Virus record (IMG/VR): IMGVR_UViG_3300005805_000072
Coordinates: 12,953 to 76,952 of that record
Direction: 5' to 3' (one strand)
Length of the DNA: 64,000 nt
Source of the DNA: a virus
Lineage: Duplodnaviria > Caudoviricetes
The notes under the pieces are model-generated. The model made no database searches and had not been told where the DNA came from. It saw only the letters and a list, made by a program, of their open reading frames with translations. The translations under genes and the position numbers were made by a program. Shown one piece after another: positions 1 to 11,300 of the stretch (the stretch's first letter is position 1; each line of letters starts with the position of its first letter).

Positions 1-324
1 AACCTACAGACAACTAAAGATCTCAGGGCAGTGGTGTATGGAACGTGGGATGTATCGGTTCTTGGAGATTACCGCGAGACGATCCTCGGTAACAAGTATA
101 CTCAGGTTTTTGGTGATTGTGTAACGGAGACGGATTCTGGTCGTGTTGCCATAAACTCTGCTGATGACATAATACTGAAGACCAAGACCGGCAAGAGCGA
201 TCTATTCCTGTCAGGCAAATCTACGAATATCAAGTTGAATTCTCTCTCGCGAATTGCTGCGGGGGCGGCAGATCCTGTCATAATTCCCGGTGTATATCCG
301 AATCCATTTGGAGTTAGTTTCTGA
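1..324 (+). CDS. gp5: C-terminal end of baseplate hub/spike protein (gp5-like), 5' truncated by the window
   Basis: Frame 1 is open from base 1 (NLQTTKDLRAVVYGTWDVSVLGDYRETILGNKYTQVFGD...). V.G....I.G periodicity resembles the gp5 beta-helix repeat; lies upstream of a PAAR gene and gp25. Confidence 0.6.
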   Translation, partial: NLQTTKDLRAVVYGTWDVSVLGDYRETILGNKYTQVFGDCVTETDSGRVAINSADDIILKTKTGKSDLFLSGKSTNIKLNSLSRIAAGAADPVIIPGVYPNPFGVSF

Positions 325-527
325 TGGCTTCGGCACCATTCACATGGAGAGGAATTTACGAACTAGAAACAGTCTATGTTCCCGGTGATGTGGTTTACTT
401 TATGGATGATGGATTCACATACGTCTGTGTAAAGGAAAGCATTTCAAATCCCCCATACCTAGAGAACTCTGGATTTGAACTTTTGGCTGGCTTCAATGTA
501 ATCTATTTGGATGGTGGAGGTTTCTGA
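324..527 (+). CDS. Small protein resembling a CBM5/12-like carbohydrate-binding module
   Basis: WRGIYELETVYVPGDVVYF..DGFTYVC...S.SNPP...FELLA matches the W...Y..GDVV.Y.G..Y.C pattern; TGATG coupling with neighbours. Confidence 0.5.
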   Translation: MASAPFTWRGIYELETVYVPGDVVYFMDDGFTYVCVKESISNPPYLENSGFELLAGFNVIYLDGGGF

Positions 528-793
528 TGGCATTTCTTGGAACCATAGGAAAATCAAAAGTGGGTGGGGGGGTCGTATTCACTGGCTCTCCCAACTGCAC
601 TGCCGATGATCTAAATGTGGTCATAGTAGGTAGTCTTGTTTCGTCGCATGGAATTAATGAACACGGCAAATCAAAGATGGTGACTGGAACTCCAACGGTT
701 GAGTGCAATGACCTACCCGTATGTGGTGAGGGAAGCATTGCCACCTGTGGAGACATAATGTTGACTATCAGCAGCGTTGAGGTTGGTCTATGA
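527..793 (+). CDS. PAAR-repeat spike tip protein (gp5.4-like)
   Basis: 88 aa with SHG...HG, VTGTPTVECNDLPVCGEGSIATCGD (PAAR-like repeats with His/Cys metal ligands); position after gp5. Confidence 0.75.
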   Translation: MAFLGTIGKSKVGGGVVFTGSPNCTADDLNVVIVGSLVSSHGINEHGKSKMVTGTPTVECNDLPVCGEGSIATCGDIMLTISSVEVGL

Positions 794-1668
794 TTCTTTC
801 AAACTACCCATCCATATTCGATGCGTCGAACTGCACGCTTATCTCACAACTGCTTCCACCAGGTCCGAAGAAATTCCTCAACGATTTCATGACGGGAAAT
901 TTGTTCAGAAATCCCGTCCAACAGGTTACTGAAGCACTCAAGGATGAAATCGGGAAAGCCCTATCATCCTCCGATTCCATAGCCGACTCCGACTTGCTTG
1001 AAGGACTTACCGGTGCATTTGGAGATTTGTCCGAGGCACTCAACGGTGTGAACACTGAGTTGAGTGCATATCTAAGACACACAAACAGACTCAGTGGAGT
1101 TGATCTGAGTCCTGGTGGAATATTGCCAACCGTTGACCGTATCATTGGTGTTCAGCAGACCTACAACAGCATAAAGGATTTACTCAAGGATCCCGACGAG
1201 AGATTGCAGGACAACTTCTCAAATGCATTCTCATCAATCAATCCACAGATTGTTGGACCATTCTTTGAGAACTTTGGGCAGAATATGAATCAGATAAACT
1301 CTGTCCTTGGAGAAGTAGAGTATCAACTTTCCATTGGTGGAGCCACGGCAGCGGCAGAGTTCGTTGGAGATATAAGAGAGTTGACAACAAACATCATCTC
1401 TTTTGAGAGCAATATCAGGACTCTGATAGACGGAGACATAAATGCATACAATCTTGCCCTTGCTGCTGTCGAGAGATATGCCATAGGAAACAGCCTGTTG
1501 TCAACCGCACTTGTTGATCCCTGCTTTGGTGCAAGGTTGATAAAGGAACTAATCACATCGCCCGATGCAAGTAAAACACTTGATGGCATTATTCAGGAGA
1601 GCAGTGGAGTGACTGGTCCTACTGGTGTACCAATAGACCTGATCGACTATATTCCAAGCCTACGATGA
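790..1668 (+). CDS. Hypothetical alpha-helical protein, probably virion-associated
   Basis: 292-aa ORF coupled to the PAAR gene by an ATGA overlap; no recognised motif. Confidence 0.7.
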   Translation: MILSNYPSIFDASNCTLISQLLPPGPKKFLNDFMTGNLFRNPVQQVTEALKDEIGKALSSSDSIADSDLLEGLTGAFGDLSEALNGVNTELSAYLRHTNRLSGVDLSPGGILPTVDRIIGVQQTYNSIKDLLKDPDERLQDNFSNAFSSINPQIVGPFFENFGQNMNQINSVLGEVEYQLSIGGATAAAEFVGDIRELTTNIISFESNIRTLIDGDINAYNLALAAVERYAIGNSLLSTALVDPCFGARLIKELITSPDASKTLDGIIQESSGVTGPTGVPIDLIDYIPSLR

Positions 1669-1778
1669 TGACCGAATATTCTTCACATGACAAGTCATAC
1701 ATATTTGGATTGGTCTGGGAAGTTTGCACAAATGCCTCATCATGATGGTAATCCCACCAAAATACCCCGAGAATCCCG

Positions 1779-2177
1779 ATGAAGAGCATAGTAAGACGTA
1801 ACCTATTCAAAGACCTTGATCTCGACTTCATGCCGCATCCGGTAACGGGAGACATCACGCAAAAGGTGGATGCCGAGGCAGTGAAGAGAGCCGTCCGCAA
1901 TCTCGTCCTCATGAACAAGTATGACAAACCGTTTCAGCCTCAGATTGATTCCCGAGTCACACGGTTGCTCTTTGAACCAGCAACTCCATTGGTTGCGCTT
2001 GCCCTGAGATCAAACATAATGGACATTCTTACGAGGTACGAGCCAAGGGCAAAGATAAACGATGTGGTTGTGTTGTTTAATGAGGAATACAATGCATTCA
2101 ATGTATCGGTGTCGTTCATGGTGATAAATTCGCGTGATGTATCCACCGTAAATGTAGCAATAGAAAGGTTTGCCTGA
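1779..2177 (+). CDS. gp25: Baseplate wedge subunit gp25
   Basis: DLDLDFMPHPVTGDI...DAEAVKRAVRNLVLMNKYDKPFQP...YEPRAKI is the typical gp25 signature. Confidence 0.93.
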   Translation: MKSIVRRNLFKDLDLDFMPHPVTGDITQKVDAEAVKRAVRNLVLMNKYDKPFQPQIDSRVTRLLFEPATPLVALALRSNIMDILTRYEPRAKINDVVVLFNEEYNAFNVSVSFMVINSRDVSTVNVAIERFA

Positions 2178-4021
2178 TGCCGAATCGCGCGCTGCTTCCA
2201 ATCACCAGAATAGACTTTGAGGGTATAAAGACAAACCTCAAGAACTATCTTGCGAACACAACAGAGTTCTCCGATTACGACTACGAAGGAGCAGGAATCA
2301 ACATCCTGCTCGACCTTCTTGCATACAATACCCACTACACGGCAATGTATGCAAACATGCTTGCTGCGGAATCTTTCATGGATTCCGCCTTGCTGAGAAA
2401 GTCCGTTGTCTCACTTGCAAAGAACCTTGGATACATTCCATTTTCATCTACTTCGGCAAAGGCAGTGGTATCCCTTCAATTCGGAGTTACATCCGGAGTT
2501 CCCAACTTGCTTCCAAAGGGAGTGGTTTTCACCGCTACGAAGGATGATGTGCAGTATTCCTTCACAACCACTCAGACGCATGAGATAGACAAGTCTGAGG
2601 TTCCATACAAGTGCGAAAATATTGAAATCCATCAGGGTTCCTTCTCTACATCTTCGTTCATATACGATGAGCAGAGCAACTCTACGAAATTTGAGATCCC
2701 ATTTCAGAACATAGACATAAGCACATTGAGCATCTATGTCCTTCGATCACCAAACGATCTTTCAAATGCCGATATATCGTGGAGAAAGAATACCGACTTC
2801 CTGAGCATAGACTCGACTAGCAAGGTCTATTTCATCACTGAAAACTATAAGGGAAAATATGAAGTTTCCTTTGGAGATGGAATCTTTGGAGTTAAACCAG
2901 AGAAGGGAAGTTACATCGTGGCAGTCTATCTGAAGACAGATGGATTGCTTGGAAATAACATAGGAACAACCATCACTGGACAATCTCAGTTCACGTTCTC
3001 AGGAATAGACGGAAACAACTATGGTGCGACTGTAAGCACGATCACCGCTTCATATGGTGGAGACAATCAGGAGTCTGTTGAGAACATACGGAGGACTGCT
3101 CCCAAATACTACCAGAGTCAGGATAGAGCAGTCACTGTACAGGACTATGAAAGCATAATCCTACGGGAATTCGGCGGTGCAAAGCAAGTTCGTGTGTGGG
3201 GAGGAGACGAAAACGATCCACCCGAATATGGAAAGGTTTTCATCTCCGTTCTTCCAAAGGCATCTCTTTATCTCAGCGATGCACAAAAGCAAAGTCTGAC
3301 TCGCAACATACTCGACAAAAAGAAGATAGTGTCGGTCACATCGGAGATAGTTGATCCAGACTACACATATATTCTCGTTGAGTGTTTTGCCACCTATGAC
3401 TCTTCAAAATCCTTTACTAGCGAGGGTTCGATAAAGGATTCGTTGAACTTTGCCATACAGAAGTATTCGATAAGCAGCCTTCTTTCTTTTGGTTCCCCCT
3501 TTAGGTATTCCACACTGTCGAGAATTCTCGATTTGTCGAGCAACTCAATGGTCAGCAACCGCATATCGACAAAACTAGCAAAGAAGGTCATCATTCAATA
3601 CGGAAAGACGAACTACTCAATGGACTTTGGGGCAAGGTTGTATCATCCAAATGACGGTGCTGCCCCCATAGTTTCAACATCGTTGTTCAAGCATCGCGAC
3701 AACTTCAACAACATACGCGACTGCATACTTGAGGACGATGGTTATGGAAACATTGCCCTATATGCCTTGTTTGGCAGATCCAAGGAAGTTCGTTTGCTCA
3801 TAAACGGAAAGATCGGAAAGATAAACTATGAAACAGGAAAGGTAAATCTTGTGGGATTTGCTCCAACTGGCAGCGGTTCTCTTCCATATATTCAGTTTAC
3901 CGTCATCCCCGATCAGAGATATGACATCATTCCCAAGAGAAATCAGGTTCTTGCTATCGATTCAAGTCTTCAGAATGCGATAATCATCACGATGGATGAT
4001 GCAGCCATCAGGAAAATCTAA
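2177..4021 (+). CDS. gp6: Baseplate wedge subunit gp6
   Basis: DFEGIKTNLKNYL...FSDYDYEGAGINILLDLLAYNTHY; ESVENIRRTAPKYYQSQDRAVTVQDY; GKVFIS. Confidence 0.95.
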   Translation: MPNRALLPITRIDFEGIKTNLKNYLANTTEFSDYDYEGAGINILLDLLAYNTHYTAMYANMLAAESFMDSALLRKSVVSLAKNLGYIPFSSTSAKAVVSLQFGVTSGVPNLLPKGVVFTATKDDVQYSFTTTQTHEIDKSEVPYKCENIEIHQGSFSTSSFIYDEQSNSTKFEIPFQNIDISTLSIYVLRSPNDLSNADISWRKNTDFLSIDSTSKVYFITENYKGKYEVSFGDGIFGVKPEKGSYIVAVYLKTDGLLGNNIGTTITGQSQFTFSGIDGNNYGATVSTITASYGGDNQESVENIRRTAPKYYQSQDRAVTVQDYESIILREFGGAKQVRVWGGDENDPPEYGKVFISVLPKASLYLSDAQKQSLTRNILDKKKIVSVTSEIVDPDYTYILVECFATYDSSKSFTSEGSIKDSLNFAIQKYSISSLLSFGSPFRYSTLSRILDLSSNSMVSNRISTKLAKKVIIQYGKTNYSMDFGARLYHPNDGAAPIVSTSLFKHRDNFNNIRDCILEDDGYGNIALYALFGRSKEVRLLINGKIGKINYETGKVNLVGFAPTGSGSLPYIQFTVIPDQRYDIIPKRNQVLAIDSSLQNAIIITMDDAAIRKI

Positions 4022-6033
4022 TGCCAGTAAGCCTTCCGCTTCTATTCTCAGGAGGATCAGGTGCAGCCGAGGTTCCGACCCTTGCGCTGTCTGAGGAATC
4101 TCCACGAATAATCAAGAGGTTTGGTCCCAGCAATCTCATTGTGGATCAGGTTCCTGATTTCATAAACAGAGATCATGAGACATTCAGGAAATTCATTGAG
4201 GCATACTATGAATGGCTAGAGCAGATCCAGAACCCGTTTGGAGTGATAGATTCCTTCTCAGAAAACATGGACATAGATCAAACTATTGGATTGTTCTTAG
4301 TTGATTTCCGTGAGATGTATCTGAAGGATTTTCCATACCAACTGGCAGTTGATGTCGATGGAAATGTGGTCAGTGAGGCTAATTTCCTCAAGAATGCAAG
4401 GAGTTTCTATGGTGCTAAGGGAACTGAAAAGGCTTTTCGGTTTCTCTTTCGCCTGATATACAATGTCACCTCCGAAGTAGCCTATCCCGGCAAGAACATA
4501 CTCAAATGCTCACATGGAAAATGGATAGAGCGAAAGTCGATAAAGACCACAAGTGCTGGTGGAACTGGAAACTATGCTATTGAGGGAAGTCAAGTATATC
4601 AGATTGATCCCGTCAATGGAAATGTCACAGCATCGGCAGTAGCATCTCATGTGATACAGTACGACAGGAACTACTACACAGTCACCGAGATATTCATCCG
4701 TGACCTAGTAGGAGAGTTTGATCGAAATCTTCCGCTGAAGTGCGATCTTTCCACCGGCACCATCAGCGAGACAATATACCCAGTCATAACAAGCATAGAA
4801 GTCATTGATGGGGGGTCGCTGTATCAGAAACACGATGATGTTGGCATAACAACAGCAGACGAAGGGCTTGGTGCATCTGCGGTCATCAATGGTGTAAATC
4901 GTGATGGCAAAGTCCTTGAGATAGGCATACTTGATTCTGGTGTTGGGTATACCAAGAATGCACAGGCAAGCATAACATCCAATACTGGGGATGGTTTGGT
5001 TGTCCTTAAGCCGGTCATAGGGGCAGTGACAAACTATGCGGGATTCTATGAGAATAACGATGGAAAGTTGAGTTCAAACAAGAAACTGTTTGATGCCGAC
5101 TATTATCAGGATTTTTCGTATGTGCTAAGAAGTGAGATTCATCTTGACGAGTATAAGGAACTATACAAGAAACTTGTGCATCCGGCTGGTTTCAAGATGT
5201 TCGGTGAAGTCCTGCTCAGTAGGAAACTCGTAGAATCTCTGCCATTTCATTCGGAGATGCAGAGGTATGAAAATGCATACATTGGACACTATACTCCGTA
5301 TCGCATGGGAACGACTGCCGACTTGTATACAGTCTATCCAGCAGGATTCAACCCGCGCGGCGATACCTACAGCACATACCAAAACTATGGGCAAACGGGA
5401 GGAAAGTTGTTTGTCAAGCCTGTTGGCTTTACCTTCTTGGCATCATCAACATGGCTGACTATAGGTGCAACTGGCGTGTGTGGGGATGGCATAACTGCCA
5501 GCGTGTTTGAGTTCAGATCTCTCAACAGCGGCGGAACCTATGGTGTTCTTCTTCTCAAGACCATAGACTTCAATACGGCTAGTGCAGGAGTAACGGGTGC
5601 AGGGTTCCTTGAAGGAGCAACATTCAGAATGTACTCGGACTCCGGTGTATACAATGCTGTGATCGACCGTGTTCGCTTTGGAACAGGCATTGTTCCTGAG
5701 ACAGGCGGATATACCCATGATGCACAGGGCAAGCCACTTGGCAAAACCCTCAGCGTCGAGGGATACATAGAAGCACAGGGATTTAGTTATGACTACTGGC
5801 GAGTCCACCACCACCCAAACATATGGGGTATCCGTGGCTTGACAGGCGTTTGGAACACTGGAACGGGAGCAGGGGCATCGTTTGGAGCGATGGCACTGAA
5901 TCCTTTCTTCCGCCTCCCTGTAGGATACCATTTCCACTCCGATCCATATGGAACATCATATGTCGGAACAACGGGAGATGGCAACGAGTATGGTCTAATC
6001 GAAAGCAATCAACTAACCTCACCGAACTTCTAA
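4021..6033 (+). CDS. gp7: Baseplate wedge initiator (gp7-like, cyanophage type)
   Basis: PDFINRDHETFRKFIEAYYEWLE; FYGAKGTEKAFRFLFRLIYN; DYYQDFSYVLRS...KKLVHPAGFKMFGE; lies between gp6 and gp8. Confidence 0.8.
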   Translation: MPVSLPLLFSGGSGAAEVPTLALSEESPRIIKRFGPSNLIVDQVPDFINRDHETFRKFIEAYYEWLEQIQNPFGVIDSFSENMDIDQTIGLFLVDFREMYLKDFPYQLAVDVDGNVVSEANFLKNARSFYGAKGTEKAFRFLFRLIYNVTSEVAYPGKNILKCSHGKWIERKSIKTTSAGGTGNYAIEGSQVYQIDPVNGNVTASAVASHVIQYDRNYYTVTEIFIRDLVGEFDRNLPLKCDLSTGTISETIYPVITSIEVIDGGSLYQKHDDVGITTADEGLGASAVINGVNRDGKVLEIGILDSGVGYTKNAQASITSNTGDGLVVLKPVIGAVTNYAGFYENNDGKLSSNKKLFDADYYQDFSYVLRSEIHLDEYKELYKKLVHPAGFKMFGEVLLSRKLVESLPFHSEMQRYENAYIGHYTPYRMGTTADLYTVYPAGFNPRGDTYSTYQNYGQTGGKLFVKPVGFTFLASSTWLTIGATGVCGDGITASVFEFRSLNSGGTYGVLLLKTIDFNTASAGVTGAGFLEGATFRMYSDSGVYNAVIDRVRFGTGIVPETGGYTHDAQGKPLGKTLSVEGYIEAQGFSYDYWRVHHHPNIWGIRGLTGVWNTGTGAGASFGAMALNPFFRLPVGYHFHSDPYGTSYVGTTGDGNEYGLIESNQLTSPNF

Positions 6034-6034
6034 A

Positions 6035-8359
6035 ATGGCAAACACCGCTCTAAAGTCCATATTCAAGACAGACCTGATCGAATTGATCAAGGATGTTTTA
6101 ACCGAAAGCAACCGCTACTATCTGTTTGTAAGCAGAGCAGAGCCATATGAGAACGATCCCAATACAACGGCAGTGGAGAGTGACACGAATCCTCCATCCA
6201 TACAGGAATCCTCGCGTCATGTCTATGACACGATGAGGCAGAGCATCTTCCTTAAGAGGATACAGAGAGACAACATCAAGTTGATTGTGCCGAGGATTGA
6301 TTGGACATATGGAACAGTGTACACGGCATATTCCGAAACCACCGACATGGGTGGCAAGGACTACTATGTGTTCACAACCGAGAACAACATCTACAAGTGC
6401 ATGGGTGCGAACGGGGCATCGACGGTCATGCCAACAGGCAAATCGACCAGTGTGATAAAACTATCAGATGGATATAGTTGGAAGTACATCTACAGTGTCC
6501 CCGAGGACTATCTGGGACATCTGACTCTCGACTACATTCCAGTCTTTCTTGCTGGTGAGGAATATCCTGATCAGAAAGAAGTACAGAATGCTGCAAAACC
6601 AGCATCGATAGACTATGTCTCCATGAATTCGAGCCTAAGCCCGACATTCTCAAAGATATACAAGAGCGAAAGATTCTTCACAAAGAACAACACGATAGAT
6701 GATCTTGGTCTGACATCAAACGCAGCAGGAAGCACGATAGTCACATTCAATTTTGCTGGTGAGGTGGATGATCCTGTCAATGGATATTGGAACAACTATG
6801 CCATTCATGTAACATCGGGACCAGGAATCGGTCAATACATGAGGATTGTTGATTTCAAGAAGGGCGGTAATGCTGGTGGGAGTTACTACTATGCCGAGGT
6901 ATATCCCGCCCTTGACAGGAAAGTTACTGCTCTTTCGGAGGTATCAGATCCATCGAATGCATCGAAGATGAAGATCGTTCCCTATGTCGTAATAGATGGG
7001 GATGGTGAAAATGGATCGATCATTCCGATCACATCGTTCTCCAAGAGGATAGTGAACGCGGTGGTTGCAAATTCTGGCAGAAACTACACTGCCGCAAAGC
7101 CAAGAGTGGTCAGTGACTCTGGAAGTGCAAGCATAGGGTCTCAGATAACAACATTCAATAATGCATTCACGGTCAGTCTATCCACCCCTCTTGGTCACGG
7201 CTACAGTGCCATAAAGGAATTCAATCCTGCAAGCCTGATGATAGTCACGGAACTGGATGGAACCGAAGATGGCAAGATGTCGGTTAGAAATGATTACAGG
7301 CAGTTTGGGTTGATAAAAAACCCATACTTGTATGGTGGTATGACTCTTGCTGGAGACGATCAGGAGTTTTCTCTGATGGCTAAGGTCATCAAGCAGCCAT
7401 CAAAGGGTGTGACCTACACTTTCTCCACATTTGCCACAGACAACTACATCATGGGCAAGGAAACAAGGGCAACTGCAAGAATCGTTGGAAGCGAAAAACT
7501 TCCTGGCTCAAGGTTCTATCGTTTGTTCCTTTCTGATGTTGTCGGAGACTTCAGATTCTCGGATGATGCATCAAGCAAGTCCCGTGTTTACTTTGGAAGC
7601 ACATTCACTGCTCCATTTGGAACAGGAGATGTTGCAAGACAGTATCAAAATCAGGTTGGTGCAACTCTTTCTGCATACGGAACAATATCGTCATACGATC
7701 TTTATGACAAGAGTTTGGTCATTGATACCACCTATGGTTCATTTACATCTGGCAAGGGCATTTATTTCGGAACCATTTCGGGATACACGCTCGAATCATC
7801 TCAAATAGTCAATATAGACGAAGAGTTTGGCGAACAACTCTTGCAGGTGTCATTTGGGGGAGTAAGTGGAAGCGAGTTCCTTACATTTGGCGAGGATGAG
7901 ATATTCGGACGAATGGCATCAACAGAACTCATACCAACGGTGACAAAAGATGCTGGTGAATATGACTTGACCACAAAAGTAACGATAGTGGCTGCAAGCC
8001 AGATGTCAGACGGAGTTCTTGCATCAAACTCAGCCGCAGATGGAACTATCTTGCAGACTGACAGCGATAGCCTTAGAAAAGTCACAGGAGACATCATCGA
8101 CTTCAAGGTTCCTGGTGGATTGGGATTTACCGGAACTCTCTACATGACAAACGTGAAGGGACAGTTCAACTCAACCGATCCCCTCAAGTTTACTCCATAT
8201 GGATCTACGGCAGAGAACTCGCTTGTTGTCACCATAGATTCAATCACCAATCCAGACATAAAGGTGGGATCTGGACAAGTGTTATACATAGAAAATGTAC
8301 GACCTATACAGAGAAATATCGAGCAATCCGAAGAGTTCAAGATTGTGATCGGTTTCTAG
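6035..8359 (+). CDS. gp8: Baseplate wedge subunit gp8
   Basis: IVPRIDWTYGTVYTAY; YYVFTTENNIYKC; DGYSWKYIY; NDYRQFGLIKNP; GSGQVLYIENVRPIQRNIEQSEEFKIVIGF. Confidence 0.9.
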   Translation: MANTALKSIFKTDLIELIKDVLTESNRYYLFVSRAEPYENDPNTTAVESDTNPPSIQESSRHVYDTMRQSIFLKRIQRDNIKLIVPRIDWTYGTVYTAYSETTDMGGKDYYVFTTENNIYKCMGANGASTVMPTGKSTSVIKLSDGYSWKYIYSVPEDYLGHLTLDYIPVFLAGEEYPDQKEVQNAAKPASIDYVSMNSSLSPTFSKIYKSERFFTKNNTIDDLGLTSNAAGSTIVTFNFAGEVDDPVNGYWNNYAIHVTSGPGIGQYMRIVDFKKGGNAGGSYYYAEVYPALDRKVTALSEVSDPSNASKMKIVPYVVIDGDGENGSIIPITSFSKRIVNAVVANSGRNYTAAKPRVVSDSGSASIGSQITTFNNAFTVSLSTPLGHGYSAIKEFNPASLMIVTELDGTEDGKMSVRNDYRQFGLIKNPYLYGGMTLAGDDQEFSLMAKVIKQPSKGVTYTFSTFATDNYIMGKETRATARIVGSEKLPGSRFYRLFLSDVVGDFRFSDDASSKSRVYFGSTFTAPFGTGDVARQYQNQVGATLSAYGTISSYDLYDKSLVIDTTYGSFTSGKGIYFGTISGYTLESSQIVNIDEEFGEQLLQVSFGGVSGSEFLTFGEDEIFGRMASTELIPTVTKDAGEYDLTTKVTIVAASQMSDGVLASNSAADGTILQTDSDSLRKVTGDIIDFKVPGGLGFTGTLYMTNVKGQFNSTDPLKFTPYGSTAENSLVVTIDSITNPDIKVGSGQVLYIENVRPIQRNIEQSEEFKIVIGF

Positions 8360-8371
8360 GAGCAATAGTAG

Positions 8372-11300
8372 ATGCCTTCTTACGATCCGAACCTGTTCAA
8401 TGTAAATCCATACTACGACGACTTCAATGAGGACAAGAAGTTCCTCCGCATGTTGTTCCGTCCCGGCTATTCTGTGCAATCTCGCGAACTTACGCAGTTG
8501 CAGACGATCTTGCAGAATCAAATAGAGCGTTTTGGAAACAACATCTTCAAGGATGGAAGTGTAATCATCGGTGGTCAGATCACCACACAGACCTTGAATT
8601 TTGTCAGATTGCTTCCACAGACCATCGCAACTGCCAATTCCCCGAAGGTCGAGAGTCTTTCCGCAGGAGACTTGATCGGATACAACATCATTCAGAGGAA
8701 CGCAACCGGTGATTCGCTGGCGAAGGCTAAGATTGTCAATGTGCTTCCTTCATATAGCGATTCAGATGACTATGTCATTGCTGTGATCAGTTATATGTCT
8801 GGCAATCAGTTCTCTGCTGGTGTCACAGCCGAGTGCGACAATCCCGATAAATTCTTCGTTGTTCAGACTGCTCCTAGCAGCACGACTGTTCCGCATAGGG
8901 GAAGTTGCAAAACCGTGGCAGTTGCCGAAGGCGTCTACTATGTGGATGGCTTTTTCGTCAAGACGGACAATCAACTTCAGGCAGCATATACGATAAGCAA
9001 CGAAGTACGACAGTTCAATCAGCCAACGGGGTCGATGGGTTTTGCCGTCAAATCCATAATAGTCTCCGAGAAGGAAGATTACACTCTTAAGGATCCTGCC
9101 AGTGGTAGTTACAACTACAATGCTCCTGGTTCCCACAGATTCAAGATAGAACTTGAACTGACTTTCTCTGAACTTGCCGAGCAACAGGATTTTGTTGAAC
9201 TTGTTCGTTATGCCGCAGGAGAGGTCATAAAGAAGTTCGATCAGACCCAATATCCCGAACTAGTAAAGTTGTTCGCACAGAGGACATATGACGAGAGAGG
9301 CAACTACATCGTCAAGCCTTTCTCAATTTCCATGCGAGAGAAAGATGACACTACGCTGATTGCTGAATTGGGGTCGGGCAAGGCATATGTCTTTGGACAT
9401 GAATATGAATCTGTGTTTAGGGATCAAATAGAAGTACCCAAGGCAAGATCTACTGCTGAGTATCAGGACATAGCCATACAGAATAGTTTCGAGAACTATG
9501 TCGTTGGCAAGTATAGAACTCAGGTTAACAACAATGGCACAGGTCCATACAACACCAGAATACTCCCTCTTCTGAATGGAAATGATGGAACAGAGCCAAT
9601 CCTTGTATACGGCATAAAGTCAAATGTTCCTCTTGCGAACTATCGTTCAACTGGATTCTCTGGTGCGATTTTCTCCGCTCGTCTTCATCGAATGGAATTT
9701 GCAAATTCATCCATCAACGACACTGCGTATGGTGGTGCTGCCAGCAGTGGAGTGACAGGAACCGATATGAAGGCTTATCTGTCTGATATACAGGTGTATC
9801 AGTCGGGCATAACTGGAACCGCAAATCAATTCGTAAACCTATTTGCAATAGATCAAGTAACAGGCTTGTCCACAAGAGTTCTGTTCGATCTTGTTACTTT
9901 GCGTGATGTCGATCCTTCAAGTGATTTGATTCTTCCCAAGTTCAACAATTTTGCAAATCAGCAGTTGATCTTCCCCTTGAATGGAAACACGCCAACCACA
10001 CAGATAAAGGATGTGGAGCGTGTGTCTTATGTCTACACGGTCTACAGGCAGTTCTTTGCTGATGCAAGCAATGATTTCAAGCCATCGGTTGCAATCGACC
10101 TTCCTTCTGATTTCAAGTGGTGTACGGGAGAAGGATTCACTCCGGGAAGTCAGGGATTGGATGCAGAACTAACGATAGACGAGCAGGATGAATACTATCT
10201 TGTCTTCAATGCTACTGCTACTGGAGCCACCAATCAAACTTCGGGTGGAATATTTCCGGGAATGATTTGGAGAATACGGGGTGGGACTCCAATTGACAGG
10301 GTCGTTTCTGGATTCTCTTTCTCATATCCAACCGCAAAGATCACAGATAATGGTGCATACATCAAGTTCACCAAAGCACTTGCTCCAGGTTCATATACGA
10401 TCATTGGCAAGGCAAAGGCAAACAATCAATACATCGATCAGGATCCGACCAATAAGATCAGAACAAAGACACTGACCTCGAAAACAGAGACTGTCACTAG
10501 TTCGATGAGTACCATTGACACCTACAAGAGGAAGATTCAGTATTCAACCGATGCTTCCAACAGCATTGTTTCCCTGTACTTCAATTTGGACAATGCAGAT
10601 GTGTTTTCAATAAACAGTATAACTGGCATAACAGGGCAGGACATACTGTATAAGTTTCAGTTTGATTCTGGTCAGAGAGACTCTGCATACCTTCTTGGTA
10701 GACTCTATGTTAAGCCAAAGTACATCAACGAATTCAAGACTAATGAGACTTTCACATTCACGGTGAACTATTCTTGCTTCTCTCATGAAGGTTATGGTCC
10801 GTTTGTGAAGGAGTCCTACAACGGTATAACGTATGACAATATTCCTGTGTTTGTGAGTCCTACATCTGGAAAATCCATCAATCTTTCGAATGCAATCGAC
10901 TTTAGACCCGTCGAGACCATTAGTGGCTTCCGCAACAATGGTTCAAGTGGTGCGGCAAGCAATATACCGATCATCGACTATGTCGGTGGATTCATTCCAA
11001 GCAACTACAGCATATCTACCGACTACATTGCATACTTGCCAAGAATAGACAAGTTGGTTATCTCGCGGAACATTGCTGCTGATGGCGATACAAGCACACT
11101 TCGCAGAATTCCTGGAATCGCAAGCGATAGCCCACAGATTCCAGAGGATCTGAATGAGTCCATGACTTTGTCGATTTTGAGCATACCAGCATACACGTTT
11201 AATCCAGATGATGTAAAGTCTGATTCAATCGGAAACAACAGGTTCACCATGAAGGACATTGCCAGAATGTCCAAGAGAGTTGATGAACTTGAGCAACATG

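Noticed and set aside
1668-1801. Two tiny coupled ORFs (25 aa at 1668-1745, 18 aa at 1745-1801) in the gap before gp25
   Set aside because: Too short, no RBS or motif, and the second overlaps the gp25 start; the gap more likely holds the ATACATA late promoter.
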